DNA of 64,000 nucleotides from a virus, in the IMG/VR virus record IMGVR_UViG_3300030419_005541, positions 32,001 to 96,000 of that record. One strand, given 5' to 3'. The notes under the pieces were generated by a model that searched no databases, was not told where the DNA came from, and saw only the letters and a program-made list of their open reading frames with translations. Positions 8,882 to 17,848 of the stretch are shown in pieces. The translations under genes and the position numbers were made by a program. Every line of letters starts with the position of its first letter. Positions within the stretch are counted from its first letter, which is position 1.

Positions 8882-9168
8882 TGAAGACATTTTGGGAATC
8901 TAACAAGATATGGTTGTTAGGCAGGTTATTATGGTTAGTTACATTTCTTGTAGTTAGTGGAATTATTTTTGGAATATTAAAAGTTTTTTTTAATTTTTCT
9001 TTTACATTCACCTATTTACAAGTATGTATGGCACATTTTTTAGTAAGAATACTTAAAGCAGACTTACCTGTAGAAACTATTCCAAGTCTGTTTCAACAAA
9101 AACAAGTTACTGATGTAAAAACACATTTAGATGAACTCGAAAAACAAATAAAAAAAATAAATTTTTAG
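8878..9168 (+). CDS. Membrane protein
   Basis: Hydrophobic N-terminal half. Confidence 0.6.
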   Translation: MMKTFWESNKIWLLGRLLWLVTFLVVSGIIFGILKVFFNFSFTFTYLQVCMAHFLVRILKADLPVETIPSLFQQKQVTDVKTHLDELEKQIKKINF

Positions 9169-9199
9169 GTTGACATTAATATTAAATTGGAGTTAGATT
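9168..9199 (+). promoter_or_regulatory. Sigma70-type promoter for the deazaguanine cluster
   Basis: GG-TTGACA (9170-9175), 18 bp, TAGATT (9194-9199); ATG only 6 nt downstream. Confidence 0.6.
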
Positions 9200-9205
9200 A
9201 GCACT

Positions 9206-9652
9206 ATGTATTATTCGTATAAACGTATAGGTCCTATTAGTACAGGACATAGACAATGGAAAGCAAAATCACATTGTCGTTGGGTTCACGGCTATGGTCG
9301 TTATGTAGAATTAAAATTCGCTTGTGATGAAAGAGATGAAAAGGGTTGGGTTTATAACTTTGGTGGATTAAAATGGTTTAAGAAATGGTTAGAAGAACAA
9401 TGGGACCATAAACTATTAGTAGCACACGATGACCCTGCCTTGTTAAGATTAAGAGAAATGGAAGCAGAAGACATTATCAGTTTAAACGTAATGCCTGAAG
9501 AGTATGGTCCGGGTATTGAAGATAGTTGTAGATATGTATTTGATTATGCGAATCCTGAGATTATAAATCAAACAAGTGGTAGAGTTTGGTTAGAAAGAGT
9601 TCGTATTTGGGAAACAGAAAATAATTATGCGGAGTATGTTTGGGTAAAGTAG
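9206..9652 (+). CDS. queD: 6-carboxytetrahydropterin synthase
   Basis: HR...CRWVHGY, WDHK, WETENN. Confidence 0.9.
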   Translation: MYYSYKRIGPISTGHRQWKAKSHCRWVHGYGRYVELKFACDERDEKGWVYNFGGLKWFKKWLEEQWDHKLLVAHDDPALLRLREMEAEDIISLNVMPEEYGPGIEDSCRYVFDYANPEIINQTSGRVWLERVRIWETENNYAEYVWVK

Positions 9653-10383
9653 CAATAGGTGAAATGTATCCTTGTCTTCAAGGCGAGGGTAAGTTCATTG
9701 GTATTCCTCATTTGTTGATAAGGGTTTCGGGATGTAAATTGAGATGTCAATTTGCTGAGTCGTTTTGTGATACACCTTTTGCAAGTTGGGCACCTGAGAA
9801 AGGTAAATTTACTTTAGATGATGTTAGAGATTTGTATAGACAATATCCTCAAATTAAATATACAATGATTACAGGTGGTGGTCCTACAGCACACGCTGAT
9901 TTGTTAAAACAATTATGTGATATAGCAGTTAATCAATATAATCATTATGTTACAATCGAAACAGAAGGTTCAGAGTTTGTACAAACAGATGCTCAGTTTA
10001 TTTCATTATCACCTAAGTTGTCTAATAGTACACCTAGGCCTGGTACAATGAATCCGTATACAGGAAAATTAGTTACAGAAGCAAACAAGAAACAACACGA
10101 GAAATGGCGTTGTAATTATGATGCTATGAAAGAATTACTAAACAATCACGAAGACTTTCAAGTCAAACCTGTGATATCAAACAAAAATGAATTAGAAGAA
10201 TTTAGAGCACTTCAAAAGATATTAAGTGTTCCTAACGATAAAGTCTATCTAATGCCTGAAGGGTTGAATAGAGAACAATTAAGAAGACGGAGACAATGGT
10301 TGTCGGAAGTAGCAGTAGAAATGGGTTACAATTTTACAGATAGATTACATATAATAACTTATGGAGATAAACGTGGAGTATAA
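9640..10383 (+). CDS. queE: 7-carboxy-7-deazaguanine synthase (radical SAM)
   Basis: QGEG, GCKLRC...CDT, ITGG, IETEG, SPKL, RLH. Confidence 0.93.
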   Translation: MGKVAIGEMYPCLQGEGKFIGIPHLLIRVSGCKLRCQFAESFCDTPFASWAPEKGKFTLDDVRDLYRQYPQIKYTMITGGGPTAHADLLKQLCDIAVNQYNHYVTIETEGSEFVQTDAQFISLSPKLSNSTPRPGTMNPYTGKLVTEANKKQHEKWRCNYDAMKELLNNHEDFQVKPVISNKNELEEFRALQKILSVPNDKVYLMPEGLNREQLRRRRQWLSEVAVEMGYNFTDRLHIITYGDKRGV

Positions 10384-10384
10384 T

Positions 10385-10603
10385 ATGATAGTTGAATATA
10401 TAGGTTGGTTAGGATTTGTCTTAATACTCTTTGGCTACTACTATAACGCACAACAGAAACTCTTCTGTTTTTATATATGGGGCATCGGCAATATATTTTT
10501 TTTAATATATGCTTTGCTAATACAAGCTATGCCCCAAGTAGCTATGTCAATATTTGTATTAGGTATGAATATCTATGGTTGGAATCAATGGAGAAAAAAA
10601 TGA
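10385..10603 (+). CDS. Small 3-TM PnuC/SemiSWEET-like membrane protein
   Basis: Three hydrophobic helices; W..GN and NIYGWNQW; GGAG SD before 10385. Confidence 0.6.
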   Translation: MIVEYIGWLGFVLILFGYYYNAQQKLFCFYIWGIGNIFFLIYALLIQAMPQVAMSIFVLGMNIYGWNQWRKK

Positions 10604-11223
10604 AATCAAACGGAAATAAACCACTTACAGAACATCAAAAGAAAATCACAATAAATAATGCGGCTAAACGTTATGGTCAATTTATGTCGTCACTTGGTTT
10701 TGAATGGGAAACTGACCCTAATTCATCCGACACACCTATGAGAGTTGCTAAGGCTTGGGTAAATGATTTAGCAGAAGGATGTTTCAATCACCCACCTAAG
10801 ATTACAGCATTTGATAATGTTGATAAATACGATGGTATGGTATTTGAAGGAAATATTCAAGTACATTCAATGTGTTCACATCATCATCTTCCTTTCTTTG
10901 GTGTAGCTCACGTTGCGTACATCGCTAAGCCTGAAGGTAAGATTATTGGTTTAAGTAAATTAAATCGTACGGTTGAGTTTTATTCACGTAGACCTCAAGT
11001 ACAAGAAAATCTTACAATGCAGATACACGACCACTTAGATGAAGTATTAGAAGTTCATGGTGGTATAGCTGTAATGGTAAGTGCTAAACATTTATGTGCT
11101 TGTTTACGTGGTGTTAAACATCCTCACTCTGCTATGAAAACATCAAAGTTAAGTGGTGCATTCAGAGATGGTGATGTTAGTGTTCGTCAAGAATTTTATA
11201 ATTTCGTAAAGGATATGAAGTAA
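10600..11223 (+). CDS. folE: GTP cyclohydrolase I
   Basis: TPMRVAK, CSHHHLPF, GLSKLNR, RRPQVQE, HLCACLRG. Confidence 0.95.
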   Translation: MKSNGNKPLTEHQKKITINNAAKRYGQFMSSLGFEWETDPNSSDTPMRVAKAWVNDLAEGCFNHPPKITAFDNVDKYDGMVFEGNIQVHSMCSHHHLPFFGVAHVAYIAKPEGKIIGLSKLNRTVEFYSRRPQVQENLTMQIHDHLDEVLEVHGGIAVMVSAKHLCACLRGVKHPHSAMKTSKLSGAFRDGDVSVRQEFYNFVKDMK

Positions 11224-11822
11224 TGAAAAGAAAAAAATGGCTACCTGACCCGAATCACCCTATATGTTGTTATCCAGGATGTGATAGAAAAGTTCACGTT
11301 ATGAGAGTGATATCAAATGATAATTCAAAAAAACCTATTGAAGTTCCTTCGGCTTATAGAGTATTTAGAGCTGTATGTAAGATGCATCACGAATATAATT
11401 GGAACGAAAAAATGAAAAGAAGAATTGACGGAGTAGGTTTGAAAACTATTAAACTTCTTAAAAAAGATTATTGTGAAAATTATGATGGACATCTTGGATT
11501 TAAATGTTGTACAAAACACGACAAAAGTAAAATTAATATGATGCAAGAAACGGGTGTGTTAGAATCAAGAAAACTTGACTTAGACCATAAAGATGGTGAC
11601 CACTTTAATAATGACCCATCTAATATACAGACACTATGTAAATCTTGTCACGCTACAAAAACTCATATTAATGGTGATTCTAAATATAGAGGAAAAAATC
11701 AATTTGTTGGTCAAAAGAAAAAAGAGAATTTTAATTGCCACCCGTTAGGTCCAAATGGAACAAAACCTTTAAAACATATAAATCCAAGTTTCTTTTTTAA
11801 AACTACAAAAGAGGAAAAGTAA
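11223..11822 (+). CDS. HNH endonuclease
   Basis: LDLDHKDGDHFNNDPSNIQTLCKSCH. Confidence 0.88.
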   Translation: MKRKKWLPDPNHPICCYPGCDRKVHVMRVISNDNSKKPIEVPSAYRVFRAVCKMHHEYNWNEKMKRRIDGVGLKTIKLLKKDYCENYDGHLGFKCCTKHDKSKINMMQETGVLESRKLDLDHKDGDHFNNDPSNIQTLCKSCHATKTHINGDSKYRGKNQFVGQKKKENFNCHPLGPNGTKPLKHINPSFFFKTTKEEK

Positions 11823-12166
11823 TGCAAACAAATATAATTGTAAAACTACAAGTAGAAGGTACTCATAATTGGCCTACTGCAGGTGACTTTGAACCTACTA
11901 TGAAATATCTTGAACATCAACATAGACATATGTTTCACATTGATGCACGTAGAGAAGTATTTCACGATGATAGAGATGTAGAGTTTATTGTATTCAAACG
12001 TAAAATTAAAAACTATCTTGAAATGAAATATTATAATTCAGAAATAGATTGTTGTGACTTTGGTTCTCAATCTTGTGAGATGTTAGCATCTGAAATTTAT
12101 AAAGAGTTTGAATTATGTTATTGTGCAGTTTATGAAGATAATGAAAATGGAGCAGAAGTATATTAA
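11822..12166 (+). CDS. dpdL: T-fold QueD-like protein, probable CDG decarboxylase
   Basis: LEHQHRHMF fits LxxxHRHxF; SCEM and EDNENG; gene context. Confidence 0.7.
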   Translation: MQTNIIVKLQVEGTHNWPTAGDFEPTMKYLEHQHRHMFHIDARREVFHDDRDVEFIVFKRKIKNYLEMKYYNSEIDCCDFGSQSCEMLASEIYKEFELCYCAVYEDNENGAEVY

Positions 12167-12957
12167 TGTCTGATGTAATAATACATAAACCGGTACCTGA
12201 TATTAAGTGGCCACATAGAATTGTAGATAATTTCTTTTCAGAAAAAGAATTAAATTGGATACGAAAATCATTTAACAAAGGTTACAGAGATTTAGAAAAA
12301 AGATTTCCTAAGTGTTTTGAGAATGGTAAAATGAAACCGTATGAGAAAATTAAACATATGGGAGGAGATAAAGATGTACTTCTTACAGGATTTAGTGCTT
12401 ACGTTCCTTTTTGGTCTACTGAAAGAGTTTCAGAAGCTATAGATGATGTTTGGAAAGAAGCGATAGAAATATATCCATATAAAAAAGATAAGAATATAAA
12501 AAGAAAAGATTTTTTTAGTTATCTTGAACTTAATATTTATCCTGTAGGATTAACTTACAATAGACATTTAGATGTTAATTATAAATCATTTACCGGAGTA
12601 GTTTATATAGGAAAAGAAGGCGATGGTACTACACTAATATGTGGTGAACGAGAAATTGATGTACATTGGCAAGATAATCGTAGCGTATTATTTATGAATG
12701 TTGATGAAGAACGTAGAGATAAAAGAGATTATGATGATAAATTAAGTTCTTGGCATAGATATGCTAATAAAGGAAATGACGTTAGATTTGCTATAAACTT
12801 TAATATGACACATATGGATGATGTAGGTCCTTTAATAGGAAACTTTTTACATCGTGATAAAAAAATATTTTCCCCGTTTGAAAAAGAACAAAGAGAAGTT
12901 CCTAAATTTGGTCCAATATTAGTTAGTTGGGCACCTGTAGCTAAGGAGATGTTATGA
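12166..12957 (+). CDS. 2OG-Fe(II) oxygenase
   Basis: HLD...H...R.AIN facial triad plus 2OG-binding Arg. Confidence 0.75.
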   Translation: MSDVIIHKPVPDIKWPHRIVDNFFSEKELNWIRKSFNKGYRDLEKRFPKCFENGKMKPYEKIKHMGGDKDVLLTGFSAYVPFWSTERVSEAIDDVWKEAIEIYPYKKDKNIKRKDFFSYLELNIYPVGLTYNRHLDVNYKSFTGVVYIGKEGDGTTLICGEREIDVHWQDNRSVLFMNVDEERRDKRDYDDKLSSWHRYANKGNDVRFAINFNMTHMDDVGPLIGNFLHRDKKIFSPFEKEQREVPKFGPILVSWAPVAKEML

Positions 12958-13358
12958 AAAAATATATTAGTTGGGATGAGTTAGAAAGATTAGTTGATGA
13001 ACTTTGTGATATGATTCCTGATAATCAATACGAAGGTATTTATGCAATACCAAGAGGTGGTTTGATTATAGGAGTTATGATGAGTCACAAATTAGGTTTG
13101 CCGATGATAGATAGATTACAAAGTTATTATGGTAAAAAGTTTTTAATTGTAGATGACATAGCAGATACAGGAGAGACTTTAGAAAAATTAAAAGCAGAGA
13201 TATTTGCAAATGCACATACAGCAACAATACACTATCATAAACAATCTGTAGTTGAACCTTCTTTTTGGGTAGAAGAAAAAGGTGATGATTGGATTGTTTA
13301 TCCTTGGGAACAAGAAGATAGTGAAGAAATACAAGATTATTTGAAGGAGACAAAATGA
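12954..13358 (+). CDS. Type I phosphoribosyltransferase (xanthine/guanine PRT-like)
   Basis: IPRGG, LIVDDIADTGET, WIVYPWE. Confidence 0.92.
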   Translation: MKKYISWDELERLVDELCDMIPDNQYEGIYAIPRGGLIIGVMMSHKLGLPMIDRLQSYYGKKFLIVDDIADTGETLEKLKAEIFANAHTATIHYHKQSVVEPSFWVEEKGDDWIVYPWEQEDSEEIQDYLKETK

Positions 13359-14386
13359 AGTTATATTTAGTTGATTTAGAACCTATCGAAAAACGATACA
13401 CTAAACAATGGCAAGAATGGATACCTAAATTAGTAAAGAAGTATGGTGGTAAGAAATTTGATGTAGAAACTATTTCAGGTAAATCAGATGGTGAAATTAA
13501 ATCAGGACAATTTCTTGATATTAACAGAACACAAACTTATAAAAGTGAACAGATAATAGAGATTGCTAATTTGTTCGAAGAAGGTAAAGTTAGTGATGGT
13601 GATGTATTTTTATTTTATGATGGTTGGCATTATGGTATACAGGCTTTACGTTATATGTCTCAATGTCAAGATATCGATGTAAAGATATATGCTATATGGC
13701 ACGCGGGTACTTACGATGAGTGGGATTTATTGGCACAGAAAGGTCTTGGATATTGGGGTGCTAATTTTGAGCGTTCTTTATTTGAAGCAACTGATGGTGT
13801 ATTCTCTTCTACAGAATTTCATAAAAATTTGATATCGACTACTCGTAATGTTCCGGCTGAGAAAATACACGTAACAGGATATCCTTTCTCACACGATTGG
13901 TTAAAAGATTATGATACATCTAAGAAAGAAAACATTGTTGTCTTTCCACACAGGACTGCTCCTGAAAAAAGACACGATATCTTTTTAGAGATTGCAAAGA
14001 AAATGAAAAAGTCAAAAATAGAATTTATAACTACTACAGATGTAACAGAAACAAAAGATGATTATTATAAATTATTAGCTAAATCAAAAGTTAGTTGGTC
14101 AGGTGGTTTACAAGAAACTTGTGGTATATCTACTTTTGAAAGTATGTGGTTAGGTAATATCGTAATGGTTCCGGATAGATTATCTTATCAAGAAATGTAT
14201 TTTGATATGTTTAAATATGAACCGCATTTAGATTCTGATGTAGATACACAATGTCAAATGATTCAATTTGCTATAGAAAATTATGATGAATATGTAGATT
14301 CTATAAAAGAAAATGCAGAAAAATTAAAAGATGAACAAGGTCCTACAGCAGTACAAAGAATGTTAAAAATTATATCGGAGGCGTAA
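13355..14386 (+). CDS. GT-B (GT4-like) glycosyltransferase
   Basis: FPHRTAPEK and QETCGISTFE (Ex7E) motifs. Confidence 0.8.
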   Translation: MKLYLVDLEPIEKRYTKQWQEWIPKLVKKYGGKKFDVETISGKSDGEIKSGQFLDINRTQTYKSEQIIEIANLFEEGKVSDGDVFLFYDGWHYGIQALRYMSQCQDIDVKIYAIWHAGTYDEWDLLAQKGLGYWGANFERSLFEATDGVFSSTEFHKNLISTTRNVPAEKIHVTGYPFSHDWLKDYDTSKKENIVVFPHRTAPEKRHDIFLEIAKKMKKSKIEFITTTDVTETKDDYYKLLAKSKVSWSGGLQETCGISTFESMWLGNIVMVPDRLSYQEMYFDMFKYEPHLDSDVDTQCQMIQFAIENYDEYVDSIKENAEKLKDEQGPTAVQRMLKIISEA

Positions 14387-15600
14387 TGAACAAAAAGATT
14401 GGTAAATTTAAATACTTCCCTTCTTTCTCAGCAGGTGAGTTCGGACACGGGTTATTAAAGAATCATAAATTTAAAGATGAACTAACTTGTAGATTTTATA
14501 CAGAAGAGTTTCCTGAAGAATTTAGATATACAGATTTTTTAATTACAGCAGGTGCTCATAGGACACGTAAAGATTTCTATAATGAATTAGGATTCAAACG
14601 TGACACAAATCTAATTATGGGTGACTCAGGTGGTTATCAAATAGCATCAGGTGCAATCAAATGGAAACCTGAGTTGAAGACTCAAGTATTTGAATGGTTA
14701 GAAAACAATTCTGATATTGCTATGAATCTTGATATACCACCAAGATTAAAATACACAGGTAAGTTCAGAGAGTGTTTTGATATTTCAATGGAAAACTTTA
14801 AATACTTTAATGAGAATCAATCAGGTAGAACTAAATTCTTAAATGTATTACAAGGTGAAGATGATACTACATATCAAGAATGGTATAACGCTGTAAAAGG
14901 ATTTGACTTTCAAGGTTGGTCTATTGGTGGTACTGCAGGTGACATATTTAGATTTATGGCAAGTGTATGTACTCTATTAGAAGGTAGAGAACACGAAAAG
15001 AAATCAAATGAGTATCTACATATTTTAGGTACATCACGTATTCAAGATTTCTTTATGTTATTACAATTACAGAAGTCACTTGAAGATGTAGGTTCTAATT
15101 TAGTAATTACTACTGATTCATCTACTCCGGACAGAGCAGTTGTGTTTGGTTTGTATTATACTTCTTTCTCTTTTAAAGATGCAAGATTCGAAGCATTTAA
15201 TATGCCAAGAGAAAAACATCTACCTGAGATGCCTCAGATGTTAGATGAATTAAAAACACAAAATCTGATTGGTGTAAATGACTTCGATAGATTTATTGAG
15301 AAATGGGCTGATATGAGAGATGTATGTGATTGGAATTGGGATGGTCAGTTTAGAATGAGACTACATAACTTTTATTTGTTCTTAGATACTATTGAACTGA
15401 TTGAACAATCAATATATGGTATCAGACATAACTTAGAACAAATGATACCTAAAGAATTAGCTCAAGTGTTAAGGTCTATTGATGAAATGGTTAAATCAGA
15501 TAACCCTCGTAAAGTATTTGATAGATATAAAAAATTATACAACAAAGTTTCTAATGTAAAGAAAAGTCTTGTTGTAAAAGAAAATAACTTTTTTGGATAA
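14386..15600 (+). CDS. dpdA: TGT-fold deazaguanine transglycosylase (DpdA family)
   Basis: DSGGYQ, LDIPP, VLQG, SIGG, HILG, TDSS, HN; adjacent to folE/queD/queE. Confidence 0.78.
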   Translation: MNKKIGKFKYFPSFSAGEFGHGLLKNHKFKDELTCRFYTEEFPEEFRYTDFLITAGAHRTRKDFYNELGFKRDTNLIMGDSGGYQIASGAIKWKPELKTQVFEWLENNSDIAMNLDIPPRLKYTGKFRECFDISMENFKYFNENQSGRTKFLNVLQGEDDTTYQEWYNAVKGFDFQGWSIGGTAGDIFRFMASVCTLLEGREHEKKSNEYLHILGTSRIQDFFMLLQLQKSLEDVGSNLVITTDSSTPDRAVVFGLYYTSFSFKDARFEAFNMPREKHLPEMPQMLDELKTQNLIGVNDFDRFIEKWADMRDVCDWNWDGQFRMRLHNFYLFLDTIELIEQSIYGIRHNLEQMIPKELAQVLRSIDEMVKSDNPRKVFDRYKKLYNKVSNVKKSLVVKENNFFG

Positions 15601-15609
15601 GGAAATAAA

Positions 15610-16410
15610 ATGAAATTAAAAGTAGACGACTTACAAGAACGTATGCAGTATATTCGTGACCACGTTGAGGCTTTCAACACGGAAGAACGTACTGATGCGT
15701 TAAATAAAATGTATGACCATTTTGAAGAACGTATGATGTTAGCTCCTGCTTCATCTACAGATTATTTTCATAACTCTTGGCCTGGTGGATATATAGACCA
15801 CGTTATGAATATAACTGAAGCAGGTAAAAAATTGTTTGAACTTTATAAAGACTTTGGCTTTAAACTATCATACGATTTAGATTCTGTAGTGTTCTGTACG
15901 ATGCACCACGACTTAGGTAAACTTGGTAGTCTTGATGAAGACTATTACAGACCTAATCCTTCTGAATGGCATAGAATCAATCAAGGTAAGATGTACGAAG
16001 TCAATCCTAACTTACACAATATGACCGTTACTGATAGAGCAGTTTATACGTTGAGTCAATTTGGTGTAACATATTCTGAACAAGAGTATTTAGGATTAAG
16101 ACTTGCAGATGGTATGTACGAAGAAGGTAACAAAGCATATTTGATGGGATTCGGTGAATCTAAAAAAATAAAAACAAATATTGCTCAGTTAGTACATCAA
16201 GCAGATATGATTGCAACTCGTTATGAGATGGAACGTTATATGTTTAGTGATGATGCTAACATACCTTATGCTGATATTTTAGGTATTGAAAAAGACGAAC
16301 CGGTTGAAGTTAAAGAAGAAGTAAAGAAGATTGAAAAGAAAGAAAAACCTAAAGTAGATAAGGATTACAAGAACCAATTATTTGAAGACTTATTTGGAGA
16401 TAAAAAATGA
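15610..16410 (+). CDS. HD-domain phosphohydrolase
   Basis: HNSWPGGYIDH, HHDLGK, HQAD. Confidence 0.85.
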   Translation: MKLKVDDLQERMQYIRDHVEAFNTEERTDALNKMYDHFEERMMLAPASSTDYFHNSWPGGYIDHVMNITEAGKKLFELYKDFGFKLSYDLDSVVFCTMHHDLGKLGSLDEDYYRPNPSEWHRINQGKMYEVNPNLHNMTVTDRAVYTLSQFGVTYSEQEYLGLRLADGMYEEGNKAYLMGFGESKKIKTNIAQLVHQADMIATRYEMERYMFSDDANIPYADILGIEKDEPVEVKEEVKKIEKKEKPKVDKDYKNQLFEDLFGDKK

Positions 16411-16673
16411 TTATTGAAGGAATATTAGGTATACTATTAATTACAAGTATAACCGCTAATCTAATTCAACTGAAACGACAAGAGACTTTAGAGTCTTGGT
16501 TTGAGGAGATGTCAATAGATTTAAATCAAGTACAATCAGAAATAAAAATAATTGATGAAAAAGAATGGTTTGAAAAAGATGATGAAGTAGGTGATACTTT
16601 CAGACAATTAAAAGAAACAATTAACAAATTAGATAAATTCACAGGAGTAGAAGACGATGCCGAAGAAGCGTAG
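16407..16673 (+). CDS. Membrane-anchored hypothetical protein
   Basis: N-terminal TM segment; FEKDDEVG. Confidence 0.65.
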   Translation: MIIEGILGILLITSITANLIQLKRQETLESWFEEMSIDLNQVQSEIKIIDEKEWFEKDDEVGDTFRQLKETINKLDKFTGVEDDAEEA

Positions 16674-17382
16674 AAAGAAAAGTAAAATGTATTTTGGTCA
16701 AGTGACCGAAGATGCGATAGTAAAGTATAACTCAATGGAACCAGGTGACCCTGAAAGAGATAAACTTTTTACAGAAAAAATTTATGCACCTATTAGAAAG
16801 ATTGCAGAAAATTTAATTCATACTTATAAATTTTATTACTTTGACAATCCTACTGAAGAAGTAATAGATGAAGTAGTTGCTAATATGGTTATTAATATGC
16901 ACAAGTATAAACAAGATAAAGGTAAAGCCTTTAGTTACTTTTCTGTAGTTGCTAAAAATTATTTAATTTTAAATAACAATAAGAATTATAAGATGGGTAA
17001 AATTCACGACCAACTTGATGTTATGGATTTCAACAGAAAGACAACTGAAGAAAAAAATATGGTTGATGTTACTGATTTTAAATTTGAAGTATTTAATCAA
17101 ATGTATCAGTATTGGGAAGATAATTTTATGCGTATCTTTAAAAAGAAAAAAGATTTAGCAGTAGTAGATGCTATATTATATCTAATGAAGAACAATAAAA
17201 GTATTGAGAACTTCAATAAGAAAGCACTCTATATCTTAATTCGTGAGATGAGTGGTTCTAATACTCAACACATAACAAGAGTTATAAATGCGATGAAACG
17301 TAAACAAAACGCATTAATTCGTGACTTTAGAGATAAAGGTATAGCATTTAAACAAAATGCTACCGGTTCTGTATTCACATAA
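16657..17382 (+). CDS. Sigma-factor-like protein (possible gp55-type late sigma)
   Basis: Region-2-like KYKQDKGKAFSYFSVVAKN; sits just before the structural block. Confidence 0.55.
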   Translation: MPKKRRKKSKMYFGQVTEDAIVKYNSMEPGDPERDKLFTEKIYAPIRKIAENLIHTYKFYYFDNPTEEVIDEVVANMVINMHKYKQDKGKAFSYFSVVAKNYLILNNNKNYKMGKIHDQLDVMDFNRKTTEEKNMVDVTDFKFEVFNQMYQYWEDNFMRIFKKKKDLAVVDAILYLMKNNKSIENFNKKALYILIREMSGSNTQHITRVINAMKRKQNALIRDFRDKGIAFKQNATGSVFT

Positions 17383-17415
17383 ACACATAAAAAACGTATC
17401 TTTCTTGATTAATAT

Positions 17416-17423
17416 ATATTTAT
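17416..17423 (+). promoter_or_regulatory. Putative late promoter ATATTTAT
   Basis: Same motif recurs in gaps at 40492, 48718 and 57836. Confidence 0.5.
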
Positions 17424-17444
17424 TATTAATTAAGGAAGATACAT

Positions 17445-17846
17445 ATGTCAGATTCTTATGAAGTTTTTGAAGGCAAATCCTTAGCGGATGTCTTCAAAGA
17501 TATCTATACAAATTCGGAAGAAAACAAAAAACAAATAGAAGTCCTAATGAAGGACTTGTTAAAATTTGTTACAGATACTGCATCTGCAGTTGCACTCGTG
17601 CCTATCCTAAAAGATTATCTTGATGTTGCTGTAAAAAACGATGAGCAGTTAATTAAAGTAGCGGCTATTGTTCAAAAACTTGCAAGTGCAGAAGCTAAAG
17701 GTTCAGATAGTGAGTTTGGATTAAGTGAACTTGAAAAAGAACAACTTATGTCCGGTCTATCAGATTCTATTGCAGAGATACAGGAAGAGAGCGATAGAAT
17801 AAATGAGGATATAGATTCTAAACAATCTAAGTTTCCGGAGAGTTAG
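17445..17846 (+). CDS. Helical hypothetical protein
   Basis: ORF with SD; VKNDEQL motif. Confidence 0.7.
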   Translation: MSDSYEVFEGKSLADVFKDIYTNSEENKKQIEVLMKDLLKFVTDTASAVALVPILKDYLDVAVKNDEQLIKVAAIVQKLASAEAKGSDSEFGLSELEKEQLMSGLSDSIAEIQEESDRINEDIDSKQSKFPES

Positions 17847-17848
17847 TA

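Noticed and set aside
14386-15600. Canonical bacterial tRNA-guanine transglycosylase Tgt
   Set aside because: Lacks the CxCxxC zinc motif and is highly divergent; context favours the DpdA family
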